Assembly: GCA_052055015.1 (NCBI GenBank)
Contig: JBQJIT010000056.1
DNA from: Malassezia furfur
Taxonomy: Eukaryota
Length of the DNA: 39,912 bases
Reading direction: 5' to 3' (one strand)
Part shown: piece after piece, positions 38,842-39,912 of the stretch
How positions within the stretch are numbered: position 1 is the stretch's first letter
Layout: each line of letters starts with the position of its first letter
Program-made: the position numbers and the translations under genes
Notes under the pieces: generated by a model
Databases searched by the model: none
What the model was told of the DNA's origin: nothing
The model's input: only the letters and a program-made list of their open reading frames with translations

Positions 38842-39912
38842 ATGGCGAGGCCGAACGACGCACGCCAAGGCCGCCGCGCGCCGCCGCCGCGCGCTCCGCC
38901 GCCGGCACTCAGCGCGACCCTGCGTGCGCTCCGCACCAACTGGAAATTCGCCGCGATCTGCCAGTTCCTGCTCACGTTTGACGAGGCGATCCAGCTCGAC
39001 GGGTTCCAAACCCAGGTACGTCGCGTGACCTCACGCAGCAACTCGAGACCGCGCTCGACCGCGCCGACACGCACAGCATTGCCGAGCTCGCGCTCAAGCT
39101 GCTCCACACGCTCCCGCGCAGCCGGTCGGTGACGCTTGACGCGTGGCAGGACGCGCTCCGCCGCGAGTGGAATGCGCGCGCCGACGACGCGACCCCACGC
39201 GTGCTGGGCACCGACGACGCGCCGATCGCGTGGACGTCGTTGGACATCGGTGCGCAGCTCGATGTGCTTCATGCGCTGTGCGAGTGGCAACTGGAGCGTC
39301 CCGACCGCCTGCGCCGGCTCGTCGGCACCGACGAAGAGGCCGTCAGCTGGCGCGTCGACCCGGCGGGCTGGGACCGCGAGGGGAACACGTATTGGCTGTT
39401 TGACGACAACCGGCTGTGGGTACAGCGCGCGCCGCCCAAACCCAAGAAACGCAAGGCACCCGTGCCCAAACGCGCTGCGAAAAAGCGTGCCGCACCGCCG
39501 CCGCCCCGACCTCGTCGCGGCGGTCGCCGCTCGTCGCGCCTGAGCCGCGATGCCGAGTGGGAAGAGGCCCCGCCCGAGATTCTGCGTCCAGAGGACGTGT
39601 TCGACAGCGGCTCAGAGCTGTCCAACCCGCCGTCCGAAGACGAGCACGAGGATAGCACGTTTGTCGAGTTCGAGACGCTGTGCGTCTCCCTCGAAGACTG
39701 GCAGCGCTTCCTCGAGCGCTTTGCCACGTCCAAGCACCCCGACGAGCGCAGCCTGTACAAGTACCTGGCTAATGAGGTCTATCCGCGCGTCGAGGAGGTG
39801 ATGCTCGCCGAGCAGCGCCGCCAGGCGCTCGAGGAGGCGATGCAGCACCGCAAGCGTAGCTCGCGCATCGCCATGAAGGAGAGCGAGCGCGAGGAACGCG
39901 AGCGCGAGCTCA
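38842..39912 (+). CDS. DDT/WHIM-domain chromatin-remodelling accessory protein (Ioc3/Rsf1-like), 3'-partial
   Basis: ATG 38842; LRTNWKFAAICQFLLTF; intron 39016-39038 (23 nt). Then QLETALD..WTSLDIGAQLDVLHALCEWQL (WHIM1-like), WRVDPAGWDREGNTYWLFDDNRLW, FETLCVSLEDW and RKRSSRI. The frame stays open to the window end; the ORF track misses the second exon. Confidence 0.8.

Overview
This is a eukaryotic, GC-rich and extremely gene-dense fungal window. I infer a Malassezia-like basidiomycete yeast from the gene content, compaction and intron style, but cannot prove the taxon. By splicing manually I rebuilt 26 protein-coding genes. Housekeeping genes are an Igo/endosulfine, MED21, an SREBP-type bHLH, a RECQ1-like helicase, KAE1, mitochondrial ProRS, a Mit_KHE1-like protein, NDUFA9, a DCAF-type WD40, NECAP, a UPF0390-like protein, PBR1, POP1, TDP1, TFA2, a Slt2/Mpk1 MAPK and a partial WHIM/DDT protein. 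There is also a GPI-type GH16 glucanase, three adjacent serine alpha/beta-hydrolases, a large Lys/Glu/Ala-repeat protein and four proteins of unknown function. Main observations: (1) 44 of the 46 introns I resolved are only 21-28 nt long, with a 5' GTRYGT-like donor, a branch point fused to the 3' site and no polypyrimidine tract; (2) a GTGGAG/CTCCAC hexamer sits next to about half of the start codons; (3) gene spacing falls to 0-23 nt; (4) a tandem esterase duplicate pair has one secreted and one non-secreted copy; (5) an 83-aa micro-exon gene is hidden from the ORF track. I found no RNA genes, mobile elements or CRISPR arrays. All product calls come from recognising motifs by eye, not from database searches.
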